A stretch of 21,731 nt of DNA from Ginkgo biloba (Eukaryota > Plantae > Ginkgophyta), in assembly GCA_024626585.2 (NCBI GenBank), contig JANKJI020000002.1:176612843-176634573 (forward strand), written 5' to 3'. This document shows positions 11,925-21,731 of this stretch, in pieces. The position numbers and the translations under genes were made by a program. The stretch's first letter is position 1. Each line of letters begins with the position of its first letter. Under the pieces are notes generated by a model. The model made no database searches. It was not told the DNA's origin and worked only from the letters and a program-made list of their open reading frames with translations.

Positions 11925-12590
11925 CTGAATGACAAAAATACGAGTATGACTGCTGCAATCATCACATACGAACCACTCACAAGGAGATGAATGTACTGAC
12001 TGCAAATCGTCTGCAGCGGATTGCTTTGCTTCTTCCTCTGCAGCTACTAGAGCTGTGACTGATGAGGCAGTTACAAACGCAGCCATCTCTGACTTGGAAA
12101 TGCCAGAAAACTTACTAGAATATTCTTGTGGTAAGGACTTCATAAAAATCTGCTGAGTATCGCAATCGATGGCTCTTTGATCCTCGGCAGGTCTTTGGGC
12201 TGCCACAGCATCCTCTACATCCATTTTAGTACCAATACTCATCTGATTGTTCTCATCTGGAAATGCATCCTGTTGGCTCTCGCTGCCCAACTTCTCATCA
12301 CCATCTGCCTCATTTTCACGCACAGATTTAAAAGGTAGGATGTATTTTGTCTGGGAATGAAAATAGGAAGCTGCAGATGCTGCTATTTCATATGCCATAG
12401 TAGGGCTTATAGAAAGCTTTTGGTTAGGCCCATCTTTGCCATTATGATCATCTTTTTTCTCATAAGAGGTTGATTTAAATGAAGCCTCATCATTTGTTGT
12501 TGAATCCCCTGCTTTAGATGTAGCTTCACCTTTCTTATCCAAGGATGAGATAATAAACTGAAGATGATACATCTTCCAGAGATCCCCAGG
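11925..12590 (-). CDS. PLIP: PLIP-like lipase exon 2 (PGDLWKMYHLQFIISSLDKK...HSSPCEWFVCDDCSSHTRIFVIQ)
   Basis: Acceptor CACAG|CCT at 12591/12590 and donor CAG|GTAATC at 11925/11924; 666 nt = 222 codons. Contains AYEIAASAASYF, TASSVTALVAAEEEAKQ and SSPCEWFVCDD. Confidence 0.92.
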
Positions 12591-12862
12591 CTGTGGTGAC
12601 AGGAACTACCGGTTAAGTCTCCTACTTCAAACTATAACCCCTTGAAAAGAATCTAAAATATATACATGAAATATAAAATGCTATACAGAATTCTCACAAC
12701 CACAAGAACATGGACCCTCCATAATCTGAATTTTCTATCAGAATTCTTTCATCAAAAATAATATACAGAACAAGTAACAGTACATCAAGATTAAGACGCA
12801 CTCAAACATGTCAAACATTTAAGAAAAATCGTAAATACAAAAGGCATATGAAGCTTGCATAC

Positions 12863-13833
12863 CTTAATCTTAGAAATTGCGTAGGCCAAGTCGGAAAGAA
12901 ATGACATCTGAGCATATATCTTAGTTTCTGGCAATGATACTCGATGCAGTAACCTAGAGAAAGTTTCCATGTCACAGCTTACTTCAGTGCAAGGAACCTC
13001 TTGCATCACTGAGCATAAGAATTCATCACCACCGCAACCGTGATTGCAATGCTCACAATAAGTAGTGATTGCAACCTTTTTATCGGGGTCATCAACTTGC
13101 TTATGTGACGAGTATAGCTCTGTATTTTTGGTAGAGGATATAGTTTGATCTGAAGGGGCTGCACTTAAATCAGAATTTGAGCCATATTTCTTCGGATCCT
13201 TCCAATAAAATGTTAATTCCATAATTTTTTCAACCCAGCTACTGGCACTTTCTTGATTAGATTCATCACATTTAAAATGTTTGCTGTCAGACTTCGCCAA
13301 AATATCCAAATCATTTTCGGGCTCTTCAGAAGCTTCAACATTCTCTGCGTTGCTGATAATTTTGGGCAAATTACTTTCTTCACTCCCCGGCTTGGCTTCT
13401 GTTCTGCTAATTTGTGCATGATCTTCCTCGGCAAAACTCTCCAAAGAATTATTCTGATTACCATGGCTGACATTCTTTGTGTTGCTTATTTCAGTTTCTT
13501 TCTCTGTATCATTTCTGATAGATACACCAATGTTTTCCACAACCTGAGACTGTCTTGTTGACTCTCCATCATTGCACCCAAACTCATTCCCGCTTCCGGA
13601 TTTTTTTTTTTCAAATGCATTATTCAAATCCGGTTTAGTTTCTTCTTCAAAGCCCTCCTGACTTTGTTTGCTAAACCATAGATATCTCAGTGGGGCAGGA
13701 AAAAGTGACCGGGAAGACGGCAATGGAAAAATGCCCCCTGAAGGACTGGTGCAAGATTTCAGCTGAGATTCAGAAGGCTGATGTGCAGAAGGTTGAAGAC
13801 ATCGGGTTTGCAAATCAAAAGGCACGTTTCGAA
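12863..13833 (-). CDS. PLIP: PLIP-like lipase, first visible coding exon (5' partial): N-terminal region through ...SDLAYAISKIK
   Basis: The frame is open from the gap edge; the ORF-track 'M' at 13825 is a GTG. Motifs include GIFPLPSSRSLFPAPLRYLWF, SWVEKIMEL..YWK and TFSRLLHRVSL. Donor site AAG|GTATGC at 12863/12862. Confidence 0.88.
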
Positions 13834-13933
13834 NNNNNNNNNNNNNNNNNNNNNNNNNNNNNNNNNNNNNNNNNNNNNNNNNNNNNNNNNNNNNNNNNNN
13901 NNNNNNNNNNNNNNNNNNNNNNNNNNNNNNNNN
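13834..13933. other. 100-N scaffold gap (probably unknown size) hiding the PLIP 5' end
   Basis: Exactly 100 N, as at 1788-1887, 5802-5901, 8441-8540 and 17745-17844; this is a common placeholder length. Confidence 0.85.
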
Positions 13934-15470
13934 GTCGTATGATATATGTCTATAGATTATTCTATATCTTTATTTTATTTTATCTATACACTAGGGCGTC
14001 TTTAACCCTAAGTAAAGCACGATCATATTAATTTTCTCTAATCCATGATTATATTATAAAGTAATAGTATTTAGTTTATCTAAATAATCTATTTTCGCTT
14101 GACAGTAGTGGTCTTAAAGCATTTATTTTGTGTCTGTACTATTTAACATAAATTACTAAGTTTTTTCTTATCAAAATATTAGTTGTGTTTTCTTTATCCA
14201 CAATTTTATTACGTTTATTTGTAGTAGTCTTATTTAACAATCTCACTGCTTTGACTAATGGCTTCCATTGATGTGTTGCACTTGTAAAATTAATAAAGAA
14301 CATTGGCGGTCCTAGTTGCCTTATCATTGCAAACATATTCTTTATTAAATGGTGTAAGTAGTAAAATTTTGTTTATATTCTTTTCATATCTATATAAACA
14401 ACATTATATCTTAATATTTTATCCAAATTCACTTTATACTTTACATACTTTATGACCATATTTCTACCTTTTAGTTTCCTTTTTCTTATGTGTATTCATA
14501 TACTTGTAAACATTTGATTAACTAGAATGTTTATTGCGTTAAAAAGAGCTTTATGATATGATATGAAAAATCACAACTTGAACATAACAATTCACTTTAT
14601 GTGATTTTTGATATAATAAATTATGAACAATATCTTCAAAATAAATATCTTTGTAAAAAAGCGTTGGGAGGTTCATCTCTTCAACACATTTATCTTAGAA
14701 AATTCCTAATGGTTTATATCCTTCACTAAGTGTAATATGTATTATTTTCCCCTATAAATCATATATTAATCAAGACTTAATGACTCTGTGTAATAACATT
14801 TTTCTTATGATCTATTCTTTATTTATATGATCATCTTCATTTTCATTATCACTAATCTCACTATCATCTAATTCCATATCATGTTGTTTCAAAATTTGTT
14901 TCCAATTTTCATCAATGGTGGCATGTTCTAACTTGTATAATTATTTTTCAATAATTTTTTTAAATATTTCATGATAATAGAAACATAAACATTTTAACTT
15001 TTATAAGTATTTTTGTATTTTAAATCAATTTTTCTTAACACTAAAGTAATAGTTTCATTTTCATCTATGATACATATAAAATCACATTGAACATAGTTTG
15101 TGTCTACTATCATATTTACTGTGGTCCTCATTAGATAATTTGAGGTCTTTTATATCCAAATTATCTTATCTATGTAAAGGGCAATCTTAAAGCTATAAGT
15201 ATATCTTGAAGTTCATAAACAATTTCCACAAAATATATTATTTTATTACATATTATATGATAGGGAACAATGAATTTTGGAATTCCTCCCTCACTTAACA
15301 AAAATTGCTTATATCACTTCCATTTGGTTGTGATTTTATTTTATTCTTATATACAAGTTCATAATATATTTACACTTCCCGCATTTCAATTTTCATCATG
15401 CTATTTTGAAATTGTATTCATTCATAAATTGCACATGCAAACAATAGTGTGTATTTAATTGTATCATGGT
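13934..15470 (-). mobile_element. Degenerate Helitron (Helitron2/Helentron-like) Rep gene remnant
   Basis: Minus-strand translation at about 14740-14650 reads HITLSEGYKPLGIF*DKCVEEMNLPTLFY. At 14336-14139 it reads MFAMIRQLGPPMFFINFTSATHQW (Helitron_like_N/Rep motif). The same frame continues through stops as YRHKINAL...YYFII*SWIREN*YDRALLRVKDALVY, a decayed EFQxRGSxHxHxLLWxxDAP HUH motif. Boundaries are approximate; the element may extend further into the AT-rich sequence up to about 16.9 kb. Confidence 0.8.
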
Positions 15471-17064
15471 ATTTCTTTTAAGATATAACACAAGTTTTTT
15501 TCTTGCATAAATATCATGTCATATTTTCTCTTTTTAAGCTTCTTCTCATCAATTTTTTTCTTCTTGACTTTTGGTCCAAAATCAATTTGTGATTCCCATA
15601 TGAAAAGGAAATTAAATTATGAATANNNNNNNNNNNNNNNNNNNNNNNNNNNNNNNNNNNNNNNNNNNNNNNNNNNNNNNNNNNNNNNNNNNNNNNNNNN
15701 NNNNNNNNNNNNNNNNNNNNNNNNNNNNNNNNNNNNNNNNNNNNNNNNNNNNNNNNNNNNNNNNNNNNNNNNNNNNNNNNNNNNNNNNNNNNNNNNNNNN
15801 NNNNNNNNNNNNNNNNNNNNNNNNNNNNNNNNNNNNNNNNNNNNNNNNNNNNNNNNNNNNNNNNNNNNNNNNNNNNNNNNNNNNNNNNNNNNNNNNNNNN
15901 NNNNNNNNNNNNNNNNNNNNNNNNNNNNNNNNNNNNNNNNNNNNNNNNNNNNNNNNNNNNNNNNNNNNNNNNNNNNNNNNNNNNNNNNNNNNNNNNNNNN
16001 NNNNNNNNNNNNNNNNNNNNNNNNNNNNNNNNNNNNNNNNNNNNNNNNNNNNNNNNNNNNNNNNNNNNNNNNNNNNNNNNNNNNNNNNNNNNNNNNNNNN
16101 NNNNNNNNNNNNNNNNNNNNNNNNNNNNNNNNNNNNNNNNNNNNCTTCTTTGATCCTTTGTTCTCAAAAATTGATATCAACATAGGACATAAATCATTTT
16201 AATAAGTCATTATCAATAGATGAGAATTTTACTTTTTGCATAAAAATGGTTCAAAATGAAAAGACTTTGGCCTATCTTTATCAAATAGTATGTCATAGTA
16301 CTCTTTGGTAAAATATGGACTAAATTTTGAGTATATTCTCATATGATCTAATTACCATACGTTAGTAGATANNNNNNNNNNNNNNNNNNNNNNNNNNNNN
16401 NNNNNNNNNNNNNNNNNNNNNNNNNNNNNNNNNNNNNNNNNNNNNATTTATTAGAAGGAAGATTTGTTAAAGTAGAAATAAACACTTTTTTTAAGTAAAC
16501 TTGAGGATTTTTTAGTTAATGAAAATCCATCATCATGTCTAAGTGTAATTCCTTCTAGTATGAGTCTATTACATCTTTATCTCCTTCTTTGAAGAAATAT
16601 AAAAAGTTCTATATTGTTCCTTCTTATAGTTCTGGTGATCTATATCTAAAATGTAACAATACATTAAGGCTATCAAAAAGATATTTTTTATATGTGTACA
16701 CATAATCATTTAATCTAAATAGACCATGCATATTTAAAATTTCATCAATATTTGTTGTTAAATCACTAGATTATTTTTTAATATTCTATTGTATTTTCTA
16801 CATTGACAAACAACTTTATTTTCTTCATTGGTTCCATGTAGAAAAAAAGAAAAAAAACTTAACATTTATATGCAAATTAAAGATTTATAGTATTAAATAA
16901 AAAATTAAAAAGAAGAAGAAAAAAAAGGAAAACCAAGTATTTCTATTATTCAAATTTACTTATAAGTGATATACTCTAAAAAATTTAAATCAAGGCAACA
17001 ATCTTATCTTCACAATNNNNNNNNNNNNNNNNNNNCTTATTGTTCTACTATGTAGATTACTTGC

Positions 17065-17070
<6 letters not shown>

Positions 17071-17098
<28 letters not shown>
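17071..17098. repeat. (TA)14 microsatellite
   Basis: Directly visible perfect TA run. Confidence 0.95.
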
Positions 17099-17102
<4 letters not shown>

Positions 17103-20100
17103 TTAATATTAAAATTAAAATATATTTTTTGTATCACTCGTGGTTTCTTCTCAACAATTATCCATAAATTATCAAACTGGGAGTTCATTAACTTATGGGG
17201 GTGAAGGAGGTAGGAATCCTACTCCACCAGATTGTTCAGAAGATAACAATTTTTAATCTACAAAGATCACACACTTGAGTTTGGAAAAAATAAAATCTAG
17301 AATTACTTGAGCNNNNNNNNNNGAAGCAAAAGCAAAGTCACTATCTTTGTTATTTTGCCACTACAAATCTATGCATTGAAGAATTAAAAGTGCAATTAAC
17401 TATTAAATGCTTAAAAAAAATCTATCTATGGATATAAATAGTACTTATTAGCATCAACAAGGGCCCTTCCGTAAATACTAACAATTATTGCAATTGGTCT
17501 TGAAGCACCAAAACTATCCACTTTTATTATTGCATTCATCAAGTATTTATACATCTTATCATCATGTTAGTTTAACTATTTGCAACTAACCTGAATAGTT
17601 AAAGTTACATCATAATCGTAAAATAAATATATCACTCATTCCAGTCATAGACTAACTAGGAAATATACTACATTCTAGTGACTAACAGATACATTTGAAC
17701 TCAGTCACTAATATGGTTTATCATACATGCACTATAAGGAAAAANNNNNNNNNNNNNNNNNNNNNNNNNNNNNNNNNNNNNNNNNNNNNNNNNNNNNNNN
17801 NNNNNNNNNNNNNNNNNNNNNNNNNNNNNNNNNNNNNNNNNNNNTCCATTTTGGCAAATTAATTTTGGAATTATTAAAAAGGAAGTACTAGATAGAGGAA
17901 TTTTTAAATTCCCTTTCTCCCCCTAATTTTCTTCTGCAAAATGAATCTGAGCCTAGAATTTTATCCAAAATAGATTCCTTTTGATGGCTTTTCCAATCAT
18001 TTTTTTAACATAAAAAATTAATTTCTCAATCTGCCTTTAGGTCATTTACTACTAGCACCTTTGATAAAATTCTTTAGAAAAAGAGACTTCTTGAGTTTTG
18101 AAGTCCGACCTCTTATTTGAAAACCAAACAATTTGACCACTTGGGATACTTCTCTCTTTCAAACATGAACTTACAACAAATAATTTTCAAATCTTCTTAA
18201 TGGAATTTAGAGGGAATTAAAAAAATTAAAAGTGGTCACTAATGTGACCCTAATCTCTATAAGTAAGGTAAGACATAAAAAAATATTCAATCAAATTAAA
18301 TCAACTAAAACTTTAGAAAAAAAGAAATCTTAAACCTCATGGAATCTCTACTCCTTAGTGAATTTTGGCACTATTTATATCTTCTAGCAATCATTACACG
18401 TGGTTGTGAATTACCATGTGAAGATTATGGTTCTTATACAAAGGGTAAGAATGAATTTACCAACCACTGGAAAGGAACAAATTCTTTCATAGTTAATGGA
18501 AAGAAACTTCTCTTTGTAATATTCTTCTAAACACCAATGGACATGGGATTTATGGGAGAGAAAGAAGAAGTATAATGTCTCTATATTAGATATTTATTAC
18601 TCCTCAATATGTTCCAATATGATTAGATACTTTGAAAAGGGTTTTCTATTATGGATGGTAGTCTTAATATTCTTGTAGACAATATTGGAATGAAGAAAAA
18701 TATCACTTTNNNNNNNNNNNNNNNNNNNNNNNNNNNNNNNNNNNNNNNNNNNNNNNNNNNNNNNNNNNNNNNNNNNNNNNNNNNNNNNNNNNNNNNTCAA
18801 AAATAACTTCACATCATCTTCTTCCATAGCATACGATTCTATTTTTTTACTCAAAACCCTTTCTATGTCCATCATCCTACATCAATGGCTCATGTCCTCT
18901 CTTCTCATATATATAGCCCATCATTATTTTACACATATCAACCTTATCTACTAAATCACCAAGGAGTAAAAATCATATAGATGTAACAAATATCCATTCT
19001 CAGTCCTCTTCTCCTCTGTACTAATCTTCACATCCTAAAAACTATTATATTAGATTATAGATGTATCCCCTCATTAAATGCAACATTATAATATTTCCAG
19101 TTCAATTGGAGGTTGCCTAAGTAATACTCACATGGAGGATGCGTTGTAGAATCCACAAAGGTAGGGATCATACCCTATAAACACTTTAAATAGGTTGGTG
19201 AACATTGTAGAAAGTGCAACATTGTGAAATAGTTATTGGATAAAAGTAGTGGGGCCTTGAGGTCACCAAGTTGTTCCTACACTATATGTTATAGTGGGAT
19301 GCCTTTCATGCATAGATTTTAAAGTTGTGAGATACCATAGCTATGAGATGGGACAACTGAAGAACATCATCGAGTATTCCTATGAGTTAGAAGATGAGAT
19401 CAATACAGTAAAAAAATATTGTGAACTAAGCATATGCCTATGATAGTTGTGAAGGAACTTGTACTATGCAGGGGGGTTGTTAGCCTATTGATGGTAAGAA
19501 ACACCAATGCCAAGAAAACTAATGGTATGAAATTCTAATGACAAGATAGATGATGGTAAGAAATTCCAATTATAGGACATCCAAAGAAAAATAACGAACA
19601 AGAATAGAAGGTTTGTAGAGATTGCCATTCATGTAAGAGGTTATAGTCCAATCAGACTGTAAGGGGGTGAAGAATCAGACAAGGGACTACCATTGGTTGC
19701 AGAGATGATCTGAGCAAGTAGAAAATCAAATTGATTCAATGAAAAAAATTAAACCAGAGGCAAAATGGCATGTGAAATTGTAGATTTGAGAAAAAAATTC
19801 NNNNNNNNNNNNNNNNNNNNNNNNNNNNNNNNNNNNNNNNNNNNNNNNNNNNNNNNNNNNNNNNNNNNNNNNNNNNNNNNNNNNNNNNNNNNNNNNNNNN
19901 NNNNNNNNNNNNNNNNNNNNNNNNNNNNNNNNNNNNNNNNNNNNNNNNNNNNNNNNNNNNNNNNNNNNNNNNNNNNNNNNNNNNNNNNNNNNNNNNNNNN
20001 NNNNNNNNNNNNNNNNNNNNNNNNNNNNNNNNNNNNNNNNNNNNNNNNNNNNNNNNNNNNNNNNNNNNNNNNNNNNNNNNNNNNNNNNNNNNNNNNNNNN

Positions 20101-21731
20101 NNNNNNNNNNNNNNNNNNNNNNNNNNNNNNNNNNNNNNNNNNNNNNNNNNNNNNNNNNNNNNNNNNNNNNNNNNNNNNNNNNNNNNNNNNNNNNNNNNNN
20201 NNNNNNNNNNNNNNNNNNNNNNNNNNNNNNNNNNNNNNNNNNNNNNNNNNNNNNNNNNNNNNNNNNNNNNNNNNNNNNNNNNNNNNNNNNNNNNNNNNNN
20301 NNNNNNNNNNNNNNNNNNNNNNNNNNNNNNNNNNNNNNNNNNNNNNNNNNNNNNNNNNNNNNNNNNNNNNNNNNNNNNNNNNNNNNNNNNNNNNNNNNNN
20401 NNNNNNNNNNNNNNNNNNNNNNNNNNNNNNNNNNNNNNNNNNNNNNNNNNNNNNNNNNNNNNNNNNNNNNNNNNNNNNNNNNNNNNNNNNNNNNNNNNNN
20501 NNNNNNNNNNNNNNNNNNNNNNNNNNNNNNNNNNNNNNNNNNNNNNNNNNNNNNNNNNNNNNNNNNNNNNNNNNNNNNNNNNNNNNNNNNNNNNNNNNNN
20601 NNNNNNNNNNNNNNNNNNNNNNNNNNNNNNNNNNNNNNNNNNNNNNNNNNNNNNNNNNNNNNNNNNNNNNNNNNNNNNNNNNNNNNNNNNNCTCACAATG
20701 AGAAATTTAACATTAATAATCTAACAAAGTGAAAAATAAATCATGAACTATTTTAATCTTAAATTCTTATATAGAATTTGATGTTACGTATCCTTTTTGT
20801 TGGGTTGTATGCAACTAATAGACATTTATCCATTTAAATATATCCTTTTTTCTATCAAGGAACTTAGGCTTAGGGTGGGGTATGAATGTTATGGACTAGC
20901 TCTTTTATAGACCTACCATTGCATCATCTCATATTATTAGAGATATGAGAGGTGGATTGAGAAATCCATTGGATGATTTAAAATGCCAAGAAGATTTACA
21001 TCTCCATGTAGACATGCTTGGAATTAGTAAAAAATATAGAAAGTAATATGTAACAAAGAATACATCAATTATAAAAGGAGAATCTCAATCTAAAGAAGAG
21101 TTAGATGGGAACTATTTTCTTAAGATGTACAACTCTTCTTAAGACTATGATAGGTTATTGATTCGAAGCACCATGGATAAAACTACCCTAGTTTAATAAC
21201 CTATAGTGAGAACACGTCAAGGAAAATATCATAATTAATATATTTAGAATTGATTATAATCACTTAGCTTGAATATTAAATTGATATCTATATTAAAAAT
21301 ATGCTAGCACATAGTCAATGGAAATATCTTTCTTATCAATACAAGATAAAATGGTAATCAATTTTACACACCATATATTTTAGATCATTCTTCTATGAAT
21401 TACACATATGAATTCTTCCACAATAGAAAATATCTAAAAATTTATTTTATAAGTTTATAGAAGGAGATAGTAAATTTAGAAGTTGGCTTTAGTTAACCAT
21501 TCTTGATATAAAGTATAAATTTTGGAGTTATCTAGCTTGTAGTGTTTGATAACATAATTTATTATTCAATTTTAAAGGATTGAGACATCAAATATCTTGT
21601 TATTGTTTCTCAAAAGATGATTACCCTTTATATAAATTACCATAAAGTGTCAAATATTTAAATACATATTTATTTATTTATTTTGTGTGTGTGTTTATGA
21701 TAAAAAACACACCTACAAAATGTGTAAATAG

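Larger units (their letters stand above)
10980..13833 (-). pseudogene. PLIP: PLIP-family plastid phospholipase A1 (lipase class 3) gene; 4 exons visible, 5' end in gap, 3' end truncated/fused to copia sequence (truncated copy or mis-assembled intact gene)
   Basis: Splicing 13833-12863, 12590-11925, 11611-11552 and 11339-10980 gives one open frame of about 685 codons. It carries PLIP motifs [79 protein letters not shown] (nucleophile Ser) and [10 protein letters not shown] (catalytic Asp). All three introns are GT-AG, phase 0. Confidence 0.9.

Noticed and set aside
13213-13561. Overlapping and antisense ORFs within PLIP exon 1
   Set aside because: Shadow frames with no recognisable motifs.
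12791-13825. 344-aa ORF (and the 228-aa ORF at 11886-12572) as separate genes
   Set aside because: They are exons 1 and 2 of the same PLIP gene reading through into introns.
15514-20724. Long ORFs spanning N runs (also at 2888-3250, 4270-4668, 7033-7472 and 9949-10989)
   Set aside because: Artefacts: N runs contain no stop codons.
17850-21731. Possible LINE and copia remnants (e.g. FIGYD near 19165-19185 on the minus strand; ILD..S near 21375 on the plus strand)
   Set aside because: Only 4-6 residue resemblances; a repeat-library search is needed.
1-21731. CRISPR array, tRNA/rRNA, or prokaryotic defence/operon system
   Set aside because: No regularly spaced repeats or RNA gene signatures. 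The window is intron-containing plant nuclear DNA.

Overview
This is AT-rich, CpG-poor eukaryotic nuclear DNA from a land plant; the repeat content suggests a large-genome gymnosperm, which is an inference. The scaffold is fragmented by many N runs, five of them exactly 100 N, i.e. likely gaps of unknown size. The one clear gene is a spliced, minus-strand PLASTID LIPASE (PLIP, class 3 phospholipase A1) homologue at about 10980-13833. It has four exons, canonical phase-0 GT-AG introns and about 685 visible codons without a stop. Its 5' end runs into a gap. Its 3' end switches, in frame and with no gap, into the C-terminal RNase H motif of a Ty1/copia pol at an apparent microhomology (DHVA vs D/E-QVA), so the exon(s) carrying the catalytic His are not visible. 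Upstream, beyond a 100-N gap, lies a decayed Helitron Rep gene whose motifs resemble the Helitron2/Helentron type more than the common plant Helitron1 type. The rest is degenerate LTR-retrotransposon debris: a gypsy gag fragment, copia-like fragments and a diverged direct-repeat pair. I see no RNA genes, CRISPR arrays or prokaryote-type system. Most ORFs in the track are artefacts of N runs.
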